Source of the DNA: an uncultured Christensenella sp.
GTDB taxonomy: Bacteria; Bacillota; Clostridia; Christensenellales; CAG-917
DNA length: 64,000 nucleotides
Direction of reading: 5' to 3'
Assembly (NCBI GenBank): GCA_910584155.1
Contig: CAJTYG010000001.1
Span: forward strand, 29,663-93,662
Below the pieces are notes generated by a model. The model searched no databases. It was given only the letters and a program-made list of their open reading frames with translations, and had not been told where the DNA came from. The first letter of the stretch is position 1. The number at the start of each line of letters is the position of its first letter. Below are positions 39,801 through 48,308 of the stretch, one piece after another. The translations under genes were made by a program, and so were the position numbers.

Positions 39801-40058
39801 CTCATAAAGCGTTTTAAGAGTCAGCTTATCAAAATTTTGCACGTCGTCTATCACGCCCTTTACTGCCTCGAGTACGGTTTTGTTGTAAAGCTCGCTGTCG
39901 GGAGCGACGATTTCTGTGCCCGTGACGGACTGCTGCAATTCGCCCACCTTGACCTGTGTTGCAAGTATAGCGACCGTGCCGCCTATTGCAACTACAAAGA
40001 GAATGATGCCTATTATCATTCCCAAAACAAAAGTTAGCGTCCCTTTTAAAACCTTCAT
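36792..40058 (-). CDS. Large (1088 aa) N-terminally membrane-anchored protein, unknown function
   Basis: Single N-terminal TM (FVLGMIIGIILFVVAIGGTVAIL). Recurring short motif [TM]-[ILV]-x-[DE]-[VLM]-[IL]-[ED] (TLNDVSKI, TINDVIEI, MLADVLEI, TVGDLIEA, TIGDLIIW, TLDEMIDI). GGAG RBS. Co-oriented with cvpA-like and GNAT genes. Confidence 0.55.
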   Translation of the reverse strand: MKVLKGTLTFVLGMIIGIILFVVAIGGTVAILATQVKVGELQQSVTGTEIVAPDSELYNKTVLEAVKGVIDDVQNFDKLTLKTLYEHYGIKLLNGISGIDFTTKDFYTVPITDLVNDLSIIVNSFTLNDVSKIAGVDFASYNLPVLTDNLDNNLSTAMDNILGSLNGDLSIRAIKDSFGIDLGVEDNALLKQLQDVVLSEFGNVINFLRVNALLNADTDIFIPTTFDRYIAADRYVQYSTEPADGLLFETSTVGGEDSDGDGVADCLKEITTLFVKKTVTVDGQETTKYVVDNKALSKENVNSADIYMHVIYEKVPASAAPDAQQYAIGYANRVGKIINGGAGYDFTALQTGVYPLSDFDNIDDDIWSVTDDVITSDSEMQIVSGLTARHTYKRVHIGTSTTLLQTIAHLTVNELQNADNLLANLTINDVIEITDDTARIIKSLAARNCKILELGTVANELTLDEMIDIVRYSYEESPTGKYVYISDGNYYTLYNPAQHAGQQRYERLPDDGAASSALLQRFAGATLGSFSSSFDQLMLADVLEIDADVYAAVDIDYIDTHPSERYFYYDATNSVYRVADAQYISSNQNVTFYRIAQSGDSASFMKKLAYVKIDAMSDAMEVIIDDMMLSEFIEVYSEYAVTLGEFDNTFDENGSYFVEFDKNDNYTDNGTKYVYVYDIYGEYTKANFRPVTIDQNVSESTIYYTYKPYSTLGSTPKEVMENSVAYTAKGNLYYFDGKTNEYTRNMVLCTYMLTHTEYTMVGTTPVPTLSGKYHNQIFYREAVSGKTDADVDNRTVFKGTVYSYTGTDPAYGIVIRDNFRGYIPHIENDPAFADKPLYTFERSATGEPTFIVDRNDVQKLADVLSGHDFKSMGAYTEPDTGVTHEDGIYFARRECENIYVFAQNGEFVFVDGQYVPYDANIHSDELQRFDRKIGYIAMLNEVSYTSGTTRVTELDIAPVTFIREKSSPVLRMLARGTIGEMSNIINNATVGDLIEAEPGSLFDNELIKQAKLSELGSVFGDVLTDMTIGDLIIWSHVTDVNEYVRLALEDVTLQRLISSMVLDETTHEIKIDMLKLYGYNKSSNDQTV

Positions 40059-40149
40059 AAATTCTCCGACAGCTCCCGTTTAGTATGGGAGCCGCATAAT
40101 TTTTATTTTTATTAAAGTAAAACGGCAGAACAGGTCTGCCGATTTCGTG

Positions 40150-40914
40150 TTATCCGAATATGCTCTGAAATACGGTGCTTATGGGGTTGTGCTCGTAGAA
40201 GAAGCCGCACACCTTTGAGCTTGACAAATATTCGTGCACCGTCGGAATGGTCTTTGCAAGCGCATGCAGTATCGCAAGCACAAGCAGGATAAACAGCAGT
40301 GCAAGCCCTGTGGCAACTATTGCGCCGAGCGTGCGGTCTATTATGCGTACGGCACCGCTGTCGGAGTCGTGCATATTTTTGAATATCTTGCGCAAAAGCC
40401 AGCATAAAAGTGCCAGCACAATGCAATAAAGAATAAATGCGATGACGGATACGATAATACTCGTCAGCATTTTTGCGCAAGCGTCCGCAAGCGTCTGTCC
40501 GTCTTTCTCAATAAATCTTCCCGCAAGCCAGTTTGCAAATTTGGCTTTGCTCTGCTCTACAAATCCGTCGCCTGCGTTTTGAAGCTGAATCTTGTTTATC
40601 GTGCCGTCATATTCTACCTCGATATAATACGAGCCGTCATCTGCAATATGGATAGGCTCTGAAAACACTGCGCCCCAGCCCTCAGCCTTGCTTGAAAACG
40701 AAGCCGTCATATCCTTGACTGCGCCTATCTCGCAGATGGGCGCAAGCGTTGCGCCTACAAGCAAAAGCGAAACGAGTATGATTGCGATAGACTTAAAAAA
40801 GCCCTTGAGCGCTTTTGCAAGTCCGCCGAAAATTCCTCCGAGCAAGCCTAAGCCGAGTATCACAAAAAACACGATGTCCGCATATGGTACTGCCGATAAT
40901 AAATTTGTAATCAT
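40150..40914 (-). CDS. CvpA-family membrane protein
   Basis: The N-terminus DIVFFVILGLGLLGGIFGGLAKALKGFFKSIAIILVSLLLV is typical of colicin V production protein CvpA-like proteins. Has 4 TM segments. Start at ATG 40914, after an AAAGGAAG RBS. Confidence 0.6.
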   Translation of the reverse strand: MITNLLSAVPYADIVFFVILGLGLLGGIFGGLAKALKGFFKSIAIILVSLLLVGATLAPICEIGAVKDMTASFSSKAEGWGAVFSEPIHIADDGSYYIEVEYDGTINKIQLQNAGDGFVEQSKAKFANWLAGRFIEKDGQTLADACAKMLTSIIVSVIAFILYCIVLALLCWLLRKIFKNMHDSDSGAVRIIDRTLGAIVATGLALLFILLVLAILHALAKTIPTVHEYLSSSKVCGFFYEHNPISTVFQSIFG

Positions 40915-41107
40915 AAATCTTCTTCCTTTGGTTTGACCCCTTAGGACACGTCGCCGCACTCTCCCCGGTCACGTGCACCGATAAGATAATATACATCAAG
41001 TTTATTATATTATAACCAATATCGAAGTTTTACGCAACTGCATTTTTTATGCGTAGCAAAATAGGGCGGCAGGTTTAAAAAAACCGCATATCGGCAATAA
41101 TCGAAAA

Positions 41108-41695
41108 ATGAAAAAAACATCGTCAGCAAATAAGACAGCAACAAAAAAGCAAACGCCGTCGGAGCTTATAGAGCAGACTGTAAATCCCGACGCAGAGGAC
41201 AAGGCGCTCGCACCGTTTGTAGGTGCGCTTTTCCGTGAGATTTTGGGCGCAGACGACCGCCAGACCGTCATCGTGTGCTTTGGCACTACGGCGATTTCAG
41301 GCGATTCGCTCGGACCTATGGTGGGCAGTATTTTGCGTGAAAAATACGATATCCCCGCATTTGTTTACGGCACCGAGGATTGCTCGATAAACGGCAAAAA
41401 TATGGACGAATGGATAGACTTTATCAGACAGGTGCACGAGGGCGCCGTGTTCATTGCGGTTGACGCAAGCTTGGGCACGGAGCAGAAGGTCGGGCAGATA
41501 GTGCTGCGCTCTGACGGTGTTTGTCCCGCAGCTATAAAGGGCAAAAAGCAGAGATTCGGCGACGTTGGCATTTTGGGCGTGGTGGCAGAGAGCACCGACG
41601 ATCCTCTTATGCAGTTAATGACAGTATCGCCGCTTTATGTGCAGGAAATGGCAAATAAAGTGGCAAACGTGTTGAAAACGGCACTTTCGTACTGA
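41108..41695 (+). CDS. yyaC: Putative sporulation protein YyaC (spore-protease-like, DUF1256)
   Basis: TVIVCFGTTAISGDSLGPMVGSILRE...FIAVDASLG pattern. Origin-linked gene in Bacillus. Confidence 0.7.
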   Translation: MKKTSSANKTATKKQTPSELIEQTVNPDAEDKALAPFVGALFREILGADDRQTVIVCFGTTAISGDSLGPMVGSILREKYDIPAFVYGTEDCSINGKNMDEWIDFIRQVHEGAVFIAVDASLGTEQKVGQIVLRSDGVCPAAIKGKKQRFGDVGILGVVAESTDDPLMQLMTVSPLYVQEMANKVANVLKTALSY

Positions 41696-41814
41696 TTTTA
41701 CAAACGACGGGAATTATGTTTTAAAAGCGCACGCCGTGCGCTTTTTTACTAAATTAAATCAAATTTGTTGCACAATATCATATAGGGTGTTATATTATCT
41801 ATGGAGAAACAGTT

Positions 41815-42732
41815 ATGGAAAACAACATCATTCAAATAAGCGGGCTTTCAAAAAGCTTCGGACAAATCAAGGCTGTGGACGACATTTCCTTTGGCGTAAG
41901 AGAGGGCGAGCTGTTTGCCTTTTTGGGCGTCAACGGCGCAGGCAAAAGCACGACTATTTCTATCATCTGCGGCACTCTCGGCAAGGACGCAGGCAGCGTG
42001 ACGGTGGACGGCGAGGACGTGGCAAACGACAGCGAGGCAGTCAAGCGCAAGATAGGCGTAGTGTTTCAAAACAGCGTGCTTGACAAAATGCTAAGCGTAA
42101 AGGATAACCTCAAAAGCAGGGCGGCGTGCTACGGCATTTGCGGCGCAGATTTTGACAAGCGACTCAAAGAGATTGCCGAGCTTTTCGATTTAAATGACAT
42201 TTTAAAACGTCCCGTAAACAAGCTGTCGGGCGGACAGTGCAGGCGTGTAGATATCGCCCGTGCGCTGATTGCGCAGCCGAAGATATTGATACTTGACGAG
42301 CCGACGACAGGACTCGATCCGCAGACGAGAAAGAACATTTGGGACGTTATACATACGCTGCGCAAGCAGACGGGAATGACCGTGTTTTTGACTACGCATT
42401 ATATGGAAGAGTCCGCCGACGCCGATTATGTTGTGATAATAGACGCAGGCAGGATAGTTGCCGAGGGCACGCCTTTGCAGCTTAAAAACCAATATACGGG
42501 CGACTTTATCACGGTATACAATGCGGACGAGGCGGCGGTGCAGGCGCTCGGGCTGCCGTATGAAAGGATAAAGGACGCTTATCGCATTGCCGTAAAGGAT
42601 ACTGCGCAGGCGACCGAGCTTATCACGTCAAACAAGAGCCTGTTTTGCGACTATGAGGTGATAAAGGGCAAAATGGACGACGTATTTTTGGCGGTCACGG
42701 GCAAGAAGCTGGGCGGGGAGGATAAAATATGA
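41815..42732 (+). CDS. ABC transporter ATP-binding protein
   Basis: GVNGAGKST (Walker A), LSGGQCRRVDIARAL (signature) and ILILDEPTTGLD (Walker B). Confidence 0.93.
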   Translation: MENNIIQISGLSKSFGQIKAVDDISFGVREGELFAFLGVNGAGKSTTISIICGTLGKDAGSVTVDGEDVANDSEAVKRKIGVVFQNSVLDKMLSVKDNLKSRAACYGICGADFDKRLKEIAELFDLNDILKRPVNKLSGGQCRRVDIARALIAQPKILILDEPTTGLDPQTRKNIWDVIHTLRKQTGMTVFLTTHYMEESADADYVVIIDAGRIVAEGTPLQLKNQYTGDFITVYNADEAAVQALGLPYERIKDAYRIAVKDTAQATELITSNKSLFCDYEVIKGKMDDVFLAVTGKKLGGEDKI

Positions 42733-43655
42733 AAACCTTTTTTACAATGACGGGGCGCAATATAAAGCTGTTTATGAAGGATAAGGGAATGTTTTTTGCC
42801 TCTCTCATCACGCCTGCGATATTGCTTGTGCTTTACGTCACGTTTTTGGCAAACGTATATAGAGACAGTATGCCCGAGGGCCTGCCCGAAAAGCTTGTAA
42901 ACGGAATGGTCGCAGGCGAGGTGATGTCGTCAATGCTTGCAGTGATTTGCGTGACGGTGGCGTTTTGCTCCAACCTCGTGATGGTGCAGGACAAGATAAG
43001 CGGAGCGCAAAAGGACTTTTCGATCACGCCCGTGCGCAAATCCACGCTTGCCGTGTCCTATTTTGTCGCCACGTTTGCGGTGACAATGCTCATCACGCTT
43101 GTGGCAATGGTGCTTTGCCTGATATACGTAGGGGCTTCGGGTTGGTATATGTCGGCGGGCGACGTATTTTTGCTGCTGTTGGACGTCATATTGCTTACGC
43201 TGTTCGGCACAGTGCTGTCCTCGCTTGTAAACTGCTTTGTCAACACTCAAGGGCAGGCGTCGGCGGTAGGCACGATAGTCAGCGCAGGCTACGGCTTCTT
43301 TTGCGGTGCGTATATGCCCATAGATTCAATGGGCAAGGGTATGCAGGGCTTTATGGGCTTGCTGCCGGGCACCTACGGCACGTCGCTTGTGCGCAATCAC
43401 TCGCTAAACGGCGCATTAGGCGAGCTTGCCAATATAGGTGCGCCGCAGGAGGTCATCGACAAAATCAGAGACAGTGTGGATTGCAACCTGTATTTTTTCG
43501 GCACCAAGGTCAGTATAACGGCTTGCTATCTTGTGATAGTGCTCACAATTCTGGTGGCGTTGGGGCTTTATGTATTGCTTAGCTATCTCATAGCCAAAAA
43601 CAAGATAAGATTTAAGGAGCCGAAGCTCAAAAATCGGCGTCTTAGGCTTCGATAG
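42729..43655 (+). CDS. ABC-2 type transporter permease
   Basis: 6-TM protein, translationally coupled (ATGA overlap) to the ATPase. Confidence 0.8.
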   Translation: MKTFFTMTGRNIKLFMKDKGMFFASLITPAILLVLYVTFLANVYRDSMPEGLPEKLVNGMVAGEVMSSMLAVICVTVAFCSNLVMVQDKISGAQKDFSITPVRKSTLAVSYFVATFAVTMLITLVAMVLCLIYVGASGWYMSAGDVFLLLLDVILLTLFGTVLSSLVNCFVNTQGQASAVGTIVSAGYGFFCGAYMPIDSMGKGMQGFMGLLPGTYGTSLVRNHSLNGALGELANIGAPQEVIDKIRDSVDCNLYFFGTKVSITACYLVIVLTILVALGLYVLLSYLIAKNKIRFKEPKLKNRRLRLR

Positions 43656-43671
43656 CTTGCAACCTCTTAAG

Positions 43672-44097
43672 GCTCCCTTTAGTAAGGGGAGCTGTCTGCG
43701 TAGCAGACTGAGGGGATTGTCTAACTAAGCTTCGTAACGAGTGTTCGTCGTGCACTTTAAATGAAATAGCCCCCTCTTTCCGGTCTCGCCGGAATTTCTC
43801 CCCCACTCAAATTAGATGCGTGCGGTAGCTCGCTCATTCTCAACATATGTTTTCCGTCGTTCGTGGGGGCGACACTCGGTCTGCGCAAACAGATATCGAT
43901 GCCTTATTATGCCACTCGTTCACGGGCATAAAAACAACACTTGCCCGTTCACTTGTACTAAGAGCGTGCTTGACGCTCAATTTAGCGCTCGCCGTTGCGA
44001 GCGCTTGTTCTAAGCTTCGCAATGAGTGTACATTAGTTGACAATCCCCTCACCGCTCCGCTTACGCTTTGCGGAGCTCCCTTTGCTAAGGGGAGCCA
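43672..44097. repeat. MITE-like noncoding element bounded by approximately 65-nt imperfect terminal inverted repeats
   Basis: The left arm is ggctccctttagtaaggggagct[hairpin gtctgc-gta-gcagac]tgaggggattgtctaactaa. The reverse complement of the right arm is ggctccccttagcaaagggagct[hairpin]gtgaggggattgtcaactaa. An internal direct repeat agcttcg[tc]aa[ct]gagtgt occurs at about 43738 and 44013. No credible ORF. Confidence 0.7.
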
Positions 44098-44279
44098 TAA
44101 TAGCGATATTTTGAAGCTTCGTGCAATAAAATGCGTGTACGTATTACAAATGCTTTGCCACATTATTAGTAAAACTAATCATTAAGTCGATTTTTATTTA
44201 TTGTTGTATAGTATGACTGACTGCAGATTTGGCACGTTAATGTTAAACTTATATCACAACGCATAAGCGAGGTGAAAAG

Positions 44280-44549
44280 ATGTATGACATCGATTGTAGA
44301 AACTGCATATATTATATGCCGCATTATATCTTATCGGGTTTTCAATATAGAGCTATTGACGGGCATTGCTTGAATACCAATTTGCCTTTTCGAACAAGAC
44401 ATAGGCTTTGTCTGAAAGGGGGCTGTTCCTTTTGGGAAGAAAAGCAAAAAGATATCGTAAGCGAAGCTAAAAGCATAAAAGAAATAATAAGTTTGATGCA
44501 GGTCAGACTTGATGAATTGTTAAGTATTCTTCAAAATTATATAGATTGA
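44280..44549 (+). CDS. Small Cys-rich protein, family member 3 (unknown function)
   Basis: CRNC...GHC...C-LKGG-CSFW followed by a helical tail. GAGGTG RBS. A terminator hairpin (atcctctcg..cgagaggat) lies at 44558-44578. Confidence 0.55.
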   Translation: MYDIDCRNCIYYMPHYILSGFQYRAIDGHCLNTNLPFRTRHRLCLKGGCSFWEEKQKDIVSEAKSIKEIISLMQVRLDELLSILQNYID

Positions 44550-44587
44550 AATAAAAAATCCTCTCGACCGAGAGGATATATTTTAAA

Positions 44588-45217
44588 TTATTTTACAGTG
44601 CGCAGCTTGCCGTTTGTGCCTTTTATCAGAAAGCATTTGCCTACCACGTCGTCGGTGGACACAAGTCCGTATGTGCGGCTGTCGGACGAGTGATTGCGGT
44701 TGTCGCCCATACAAAACAGATGTCCGTCCGTCACGTAGACGTCAAGTCCGTCATAGTTGAAATTCATAGGCTCGGCGATGTATGGCTCGTCAAGCGGACT
44801 GCCGTTGAGATATACGACGTTGCCTATTATCTGAATATGGTCGCCCGCAACGCCTATCACTCGCTTGACAAGCGTGGATCTGTTGCCAAATGAGTCCGTG
44901 ATATCCCAGTCGTGTGGCGTAAACACTATTATATCCCCACGCTTTGGCGTTGCAAGCTTATTGAGTATCAGCGTTTCGCCGTCAGTGCGATATGTCGGGT
45001 CGCCGTCGGCGGTTGCGGTTATGCCGCCGTCAAGCGTCGGATCCATAGAATGACCGTCCACGATATATGTGGTTATGACAAAATAACGCACGAGCAGAGC
45101 ACAGGCGATAGCCAAAATTATCACGCACAGCGTGACTATGACCGCAACGATCAGTTTGCGGTTGTTGCCGGACGGCTTATTAAGCTCTATGGGTTCAAAG
45201 TCGTTTTGCATATTCAA
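44588..45217 (-). CDS. lepB: Signal peptidase I
   Basis: An N-terminal TM helix, then GHSMDPTL (catalytic Ser box), LVKRVIGVAGD (Lys box) and GDNRNHSSDSR. The first ATG is at 45211. Confidence 0.92.
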   Translation of the reverse strand: MNMQNDFEPIELNKPSGNNRKLIVAVIVTLCVIILAIACALLVRYFVITTYIVDGHSMDPTLDGGITATADGDPTYRTDGETLILNKLATPKRGDIIVFTPHDWDITDSFGNRSTLVKRVIGVAGDHIQIIGNVVYLNGSPLDEPYIAEPMNFNYDGLDVYVTDGHLFCMGDNRNHSSDSRTYGLVSTDDVVGKCFLIKGTNGKLRTVK

Positions 45218-45235
45218 GTATATGTAATTATCTCG

Positions 45236-46906
45236 CTAAATCCACAAAAAGTTGTTTAAAATAATGCCTGCCACGTCATTGATAACAAGTATCTTAGTGT
45301 CGTTGAAGTTTGCGAGGGTTTTTCCTTCGTCGCTTTTGAAGTCCGCACTGCGAAGCAGCAGCTTCTGCCAGAACTCGCCGCCGTCAAGCGTTGCGTATGC
45401 CGTAAAGCGTTTCATTTCGGGGAAGGTGTACATATTTATGCACAGCTCTCTTTTTGTGGGAGAATACACGTCAAAGTGCAGCGATATCGTTCTGTCAAGC
45501 GCTTTCATTTCGGCTGCGCTGCGGCAGAAATACAATCCGCCCTTTGTGGCGGTGATTCCCTTTATCTCAAAGGGACCTTCTTCCTGCAGCACAGTGCCGT
45601 CGGGCAGAATGGCGTCGTCGGTCAGGCTTGCAAATGAGCCTATGCCCATATTCCCTTCATACATAATGCGATAGCTCTCTCGTATGGGATCGAAGCTTGT
45701 TATGCCTATTTTTTTTGGCAGCACGCACATTGTCGGCACAGATATGGCGTTGCCGTTTTCGTATGTAAACGTCGCATATGCGATGATATATTCGTTTAAG
45801 TCAAACACGGGGACGTTTATCGTATAAACGTGCGTATCTACCTTTTGCGGATTTTTAATTTCCGTCCAATGTCTTGCGGCAGACGTTTCCTCGCCATAGC
45901 AGGCAAACACCTCTATTTTTTGCGCTTTATGCACTGTGTGCATCCTGAGATATAGCTTTCCGTCGGCGTTTACAAACTCTGCGGAGGGAGTAAACGTCTC
46001 GCTGCCGCTCATCACAAAATGCGCCCTCAGCCAGCCGAGCAAGGTTTCCGCCGCCGTGGTGGTAAGCTGCGTTTCGCTTGCCGTGGTGTAAAGCAGTTGC
46101 TTGCAGTCCGACTGTACAAGCGACAAAATGTCGTTCGCTCTGTCGATGTCCGTCATATGCGACGTCCTCGAAGCGATGTATAGCACGGGGCATTTTACAA
46201 ACTTTGCATAGGTTTCTGCGCCCACGCCTGTGGAATACGCTCTTTCCTCATCAGTTTTCAGCACAGTTGCGACTGTAAATCTCGCCTTTCCCTTTGCCCA
46301 GCGATATCCGCCGCCGTCTATAGCTACAAGCGCCTTTACACGGCTGTCCATTCCCGTGACCTGCCATGATATCTCTGCGCCTATGCCAAAGCCTATCACA
46401 CCTATATGCGTTGCGTCGACGATGTTTTGCTGTTCCAAAACGCAGAGGGCACGGCGGGCGATCTTGCTCCACACAAACCACGGCGTATTGCGTGCGTTTG
46501 TCTCTACTGTGTCGAGATGGCTTTTGCAGTCCGGATATGCCGCAAAGCTCAGGTCGGCAGGGAAGGTGGTTTTTTCCTCGCTGCCTGCGCCGCAATAATC
46601 GAGCACGCCTACAACGTAGCCCTCGTTTACAAGCTCACGCACGATGTCGCCCGTGTCGTTGCGGTGATAGTTGGATAGCAGCAGCACCGCAGCACGCTTG
46701 TCCGACCAGCGTGCGTCGTAGTAGATTTCCATAAACGCACGAATGCGCCCCTGAGCGCTTTCGTCCGCCGTGAAATACTGCTTGGAGCACACGAGATTGT
46801 TTGCCGCCTCAGCGGAGATTATTGATGTTTCTAAATTCATTTGGGAGGGAATGAAGCCTTCCCATACTTCTGTCGGAGTTAAAAATTGCAGTTCCATATC
46901 CCACAT
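45236..46906 (-). CDS. Alpha/beta-hydrolase-fold (acetyl-xylan-esterase/CE7-like) protein with the nucleophile position substituted
   Basis: LVNEGYVVGVLDYCGAG...VDATHIGVIGFGIGAEISW follows the AXE1/dienelactone-hydrolase strand-turn-helix pattern. It reads G-F-G-I-G where G-x-S-x-G is expected. The roughly 250-aa C-terminal extension is unknown. The start is ambiguous. Confidence 0.45.
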   Translation of the reverse strand: MWDMELQFLTPTEVWEGFIPSQMNLETSIISAEAANNLVCSKQYFTADESAQGRIRAFMEIYYDARWSDKRAAVLLLSNYHRNDTGDIVRELVNEGYVVGVLDYCGAGSEEKTTFPADLSFAAYPDCKSHLDTVETNARNTPWFVWSKIARRALCVLEQQNIVDATHIGVIGFGIGAEISWQVTGMDSRVKALVAIDGGGYRWAKGKARFTVATVLKTDEERAYSTGVGAETYAKFVKCPVLYIASRTSHMTDIDRANDILSLVQSDCKQLLYTTASETQLTTTAAETLLGWLRAHFVMSGSETFTPSAEFVNADGKLYLRMHTVHKAQKIEVFACYGEETSAARHWTEIKNPQKVDTHVYTINVPVFDLNEYIIAYATFTYENGNAISVPTMCVLPKKIGITSFDPIRESYRIMYEGNMGIGSFASLTDDAILPDGTVLQEEGPFEIKGITATKGGLYFCRSAAEMKALDRTISLHFDVYSPTKRELCINMYTFPEMKRFTAYATLDGGEFWQKLLLRSADFKSDEGKTLANFNDTKILVINDVAGIILNNFLWI

Positions 46907-47093
46907 TATAACTCAACCTGATTATAAAGTAAAGAAATAATAATGCCGTAGATATGTACGTCCCGCCCCCGTCCGAGGGCGAGGGCTGTGTATCTGAAAG
47001 CGCATATGCACAGGCGCTGTCGCACGTTTTGAGCCTGTCAAATTCCTGCCGCATTATTTCCATCGTAGCGTCGTCGGGCATAAGATAATCCAT
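46809..47093 (-). CDS. Hypothetical small protein (94 aa), uncertain
   Basis: ATG 47093 is preceded by a strong GAGGTG RBS. The 3' end overlaps the predicted start of the downstream hydrolase-like gene by about 90 nt, so one of the two models is probably wrong. Confidence 0.3.
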   Translation of the reverse strand: MDYLMPDDATMEIMRQEFDRLKTCDSACAYALSDTQPSPSDGGGTYISTALLFLYFIIRLSYNVGYGTAIFNSDRSMGRLHSLPNEFRNINNLR

Positions 47094-47141
47094 AAAACAC
47101 CTCACAGTATTCTATTAAATCTTGCCGACCGTTGTGCCGCA

Positions 47142-48308
47142 CTATGCGGTTTCCTTTACTTTTATAGTGACCTGAGGCGAAAAGGACAGAGTATCGAGGC
47201 AGTCCTTTTCAAGCTTTCTTCCTACGGACTGATACGCCTTTGCCTGCAGCCCCAGATAGTCGATATCATATTGCTTTGACAGCTCAAACAGCTCGGTGAG
47301 CAGGTCCTCGATTTCCTTTTCAAGCTCCTTTGCGGCTTTCTGTATCTGCGGGTCTGCGCCCGTAAGCACCTTGTCGGTAGTGATAAACTGCACGTCTAAA
47401 AGCTCTACGGTGAGCTCTATTTCCGCAGTGATATTTCTGCCCTTTGCGGAGGTGTCCACGTTTTTGTTGAGCAGGCGGAATTCTACGGTTTCGCCGTTTT
47501 CGGATTTGCGGTTGAGCGAGCCGAACGAGGAATCCGTCAGATACAGAGCAAGCGTTTCGGCAAGGTCGTCCGTCAGAATTTCCGACTTGTCGTGATTGAA
47601 CACCATCACGCTCGACAGGTCGAATTCATAATAATCCTCGCCCTGTCCGTCGTCCGTTATGGGCTGATCGGAAAGCTTTTTCAAGGTGATATAAGGGATA
47701 GCCACCGCTTCGCTTCTTGACAGCGACCGCACCAAAAGGTCCTTTACGTTTGTGCGTATCATTCCGTTTGTGCCTTCCTTGTTGGACAGCGCAAGCTGCA
47801 GAAAATACGGGGCGCTCACGGTGGTGCCTATCTGCGTCGCAAGCATTTCACGGGGGCTTTTTTCGCCCGTTACGATGATGGCGTTTTCGGGCAGAGAGTA
47901 CATTCCCGTCAGCGGATAAATGAGCTGCATATGATCGAGCTTCAAAACAGATTTTGACACAAACAGCACATTACAGTGCGCAAACGATATTGTTAAACCC
48001 ATTTTACGTGAAATATCGTCCAATGCCTCCGCAATCGTATTTCCCGTAGCACTGTATGTGTCATATGACGTTTTGCCTGCGCCCTCCGATGACGACGACG
48101 CCATCAGCACGGATTGAGTTGTCACGATAAACTGTCTGTCCTGCTCGGAAAAATCTATGCCTGCGCCAAGCACTATCGCCGTCTTTGTCAGCTCGGGGCT
48201 GTGTACGGTGCGACCGAAAACTATCAGCGCAAGTATCGCAAGCGCAATGATAAACCACTTTGTGCGCATAAGATATGACGGAACGTTGATTTTTTTGCCT
48301 TTCATCAT
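47142..48308 (-). CDS. Spore germination receptor, Ger(x)C-family subunit
   Basis: About 388 aa, N-terminal anchor. Third gene of an A-B-C germinant receptor operon, with a 4-nt overlap with the B subunit. Confidence 0.75.
   Translation of the reverse strand: MMKGKKINVPSYLMRTKWFIIALAILALIVFGRTVHSPELTKTAIVLGAGIDFSEQDRQFIVTTQSVLMASSSSEGAGKTSYDTYSATGNTIAEALDDISRKMGLTISFAHCNVLFVSKSVLKLDHMQLIYPLTGMYSLPENAIIVTGEKSPREMLATQIGTTVSAPYFLQLALSNKEGTNGMIRTNVKDLLVRSLSRSEAVAIPYITLKKLSDQPITDDGQGEDYYEFDLSSVMVFNHDKSEILTDDLAETLALYLTDSSFGSLNRKSENGETVEFRLLNKNVDTSAKGRNITAEIELTVELLDVQFITTDKVLTGADPQIQKAAKELEKEIEDLLTELFELSKQYDIDYLGLQAKAYQSVGRKLEKDCLDTLSFSPQVTIKVKETA

Noticed and set aside
43816-44185. 65-, 107- and 112-aa ORFs within the MITE-like element
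   Set aside because: They overlap one another on both strands, lack RBSs and lie within inverted-repeat DNA. They are most likely noncoding.
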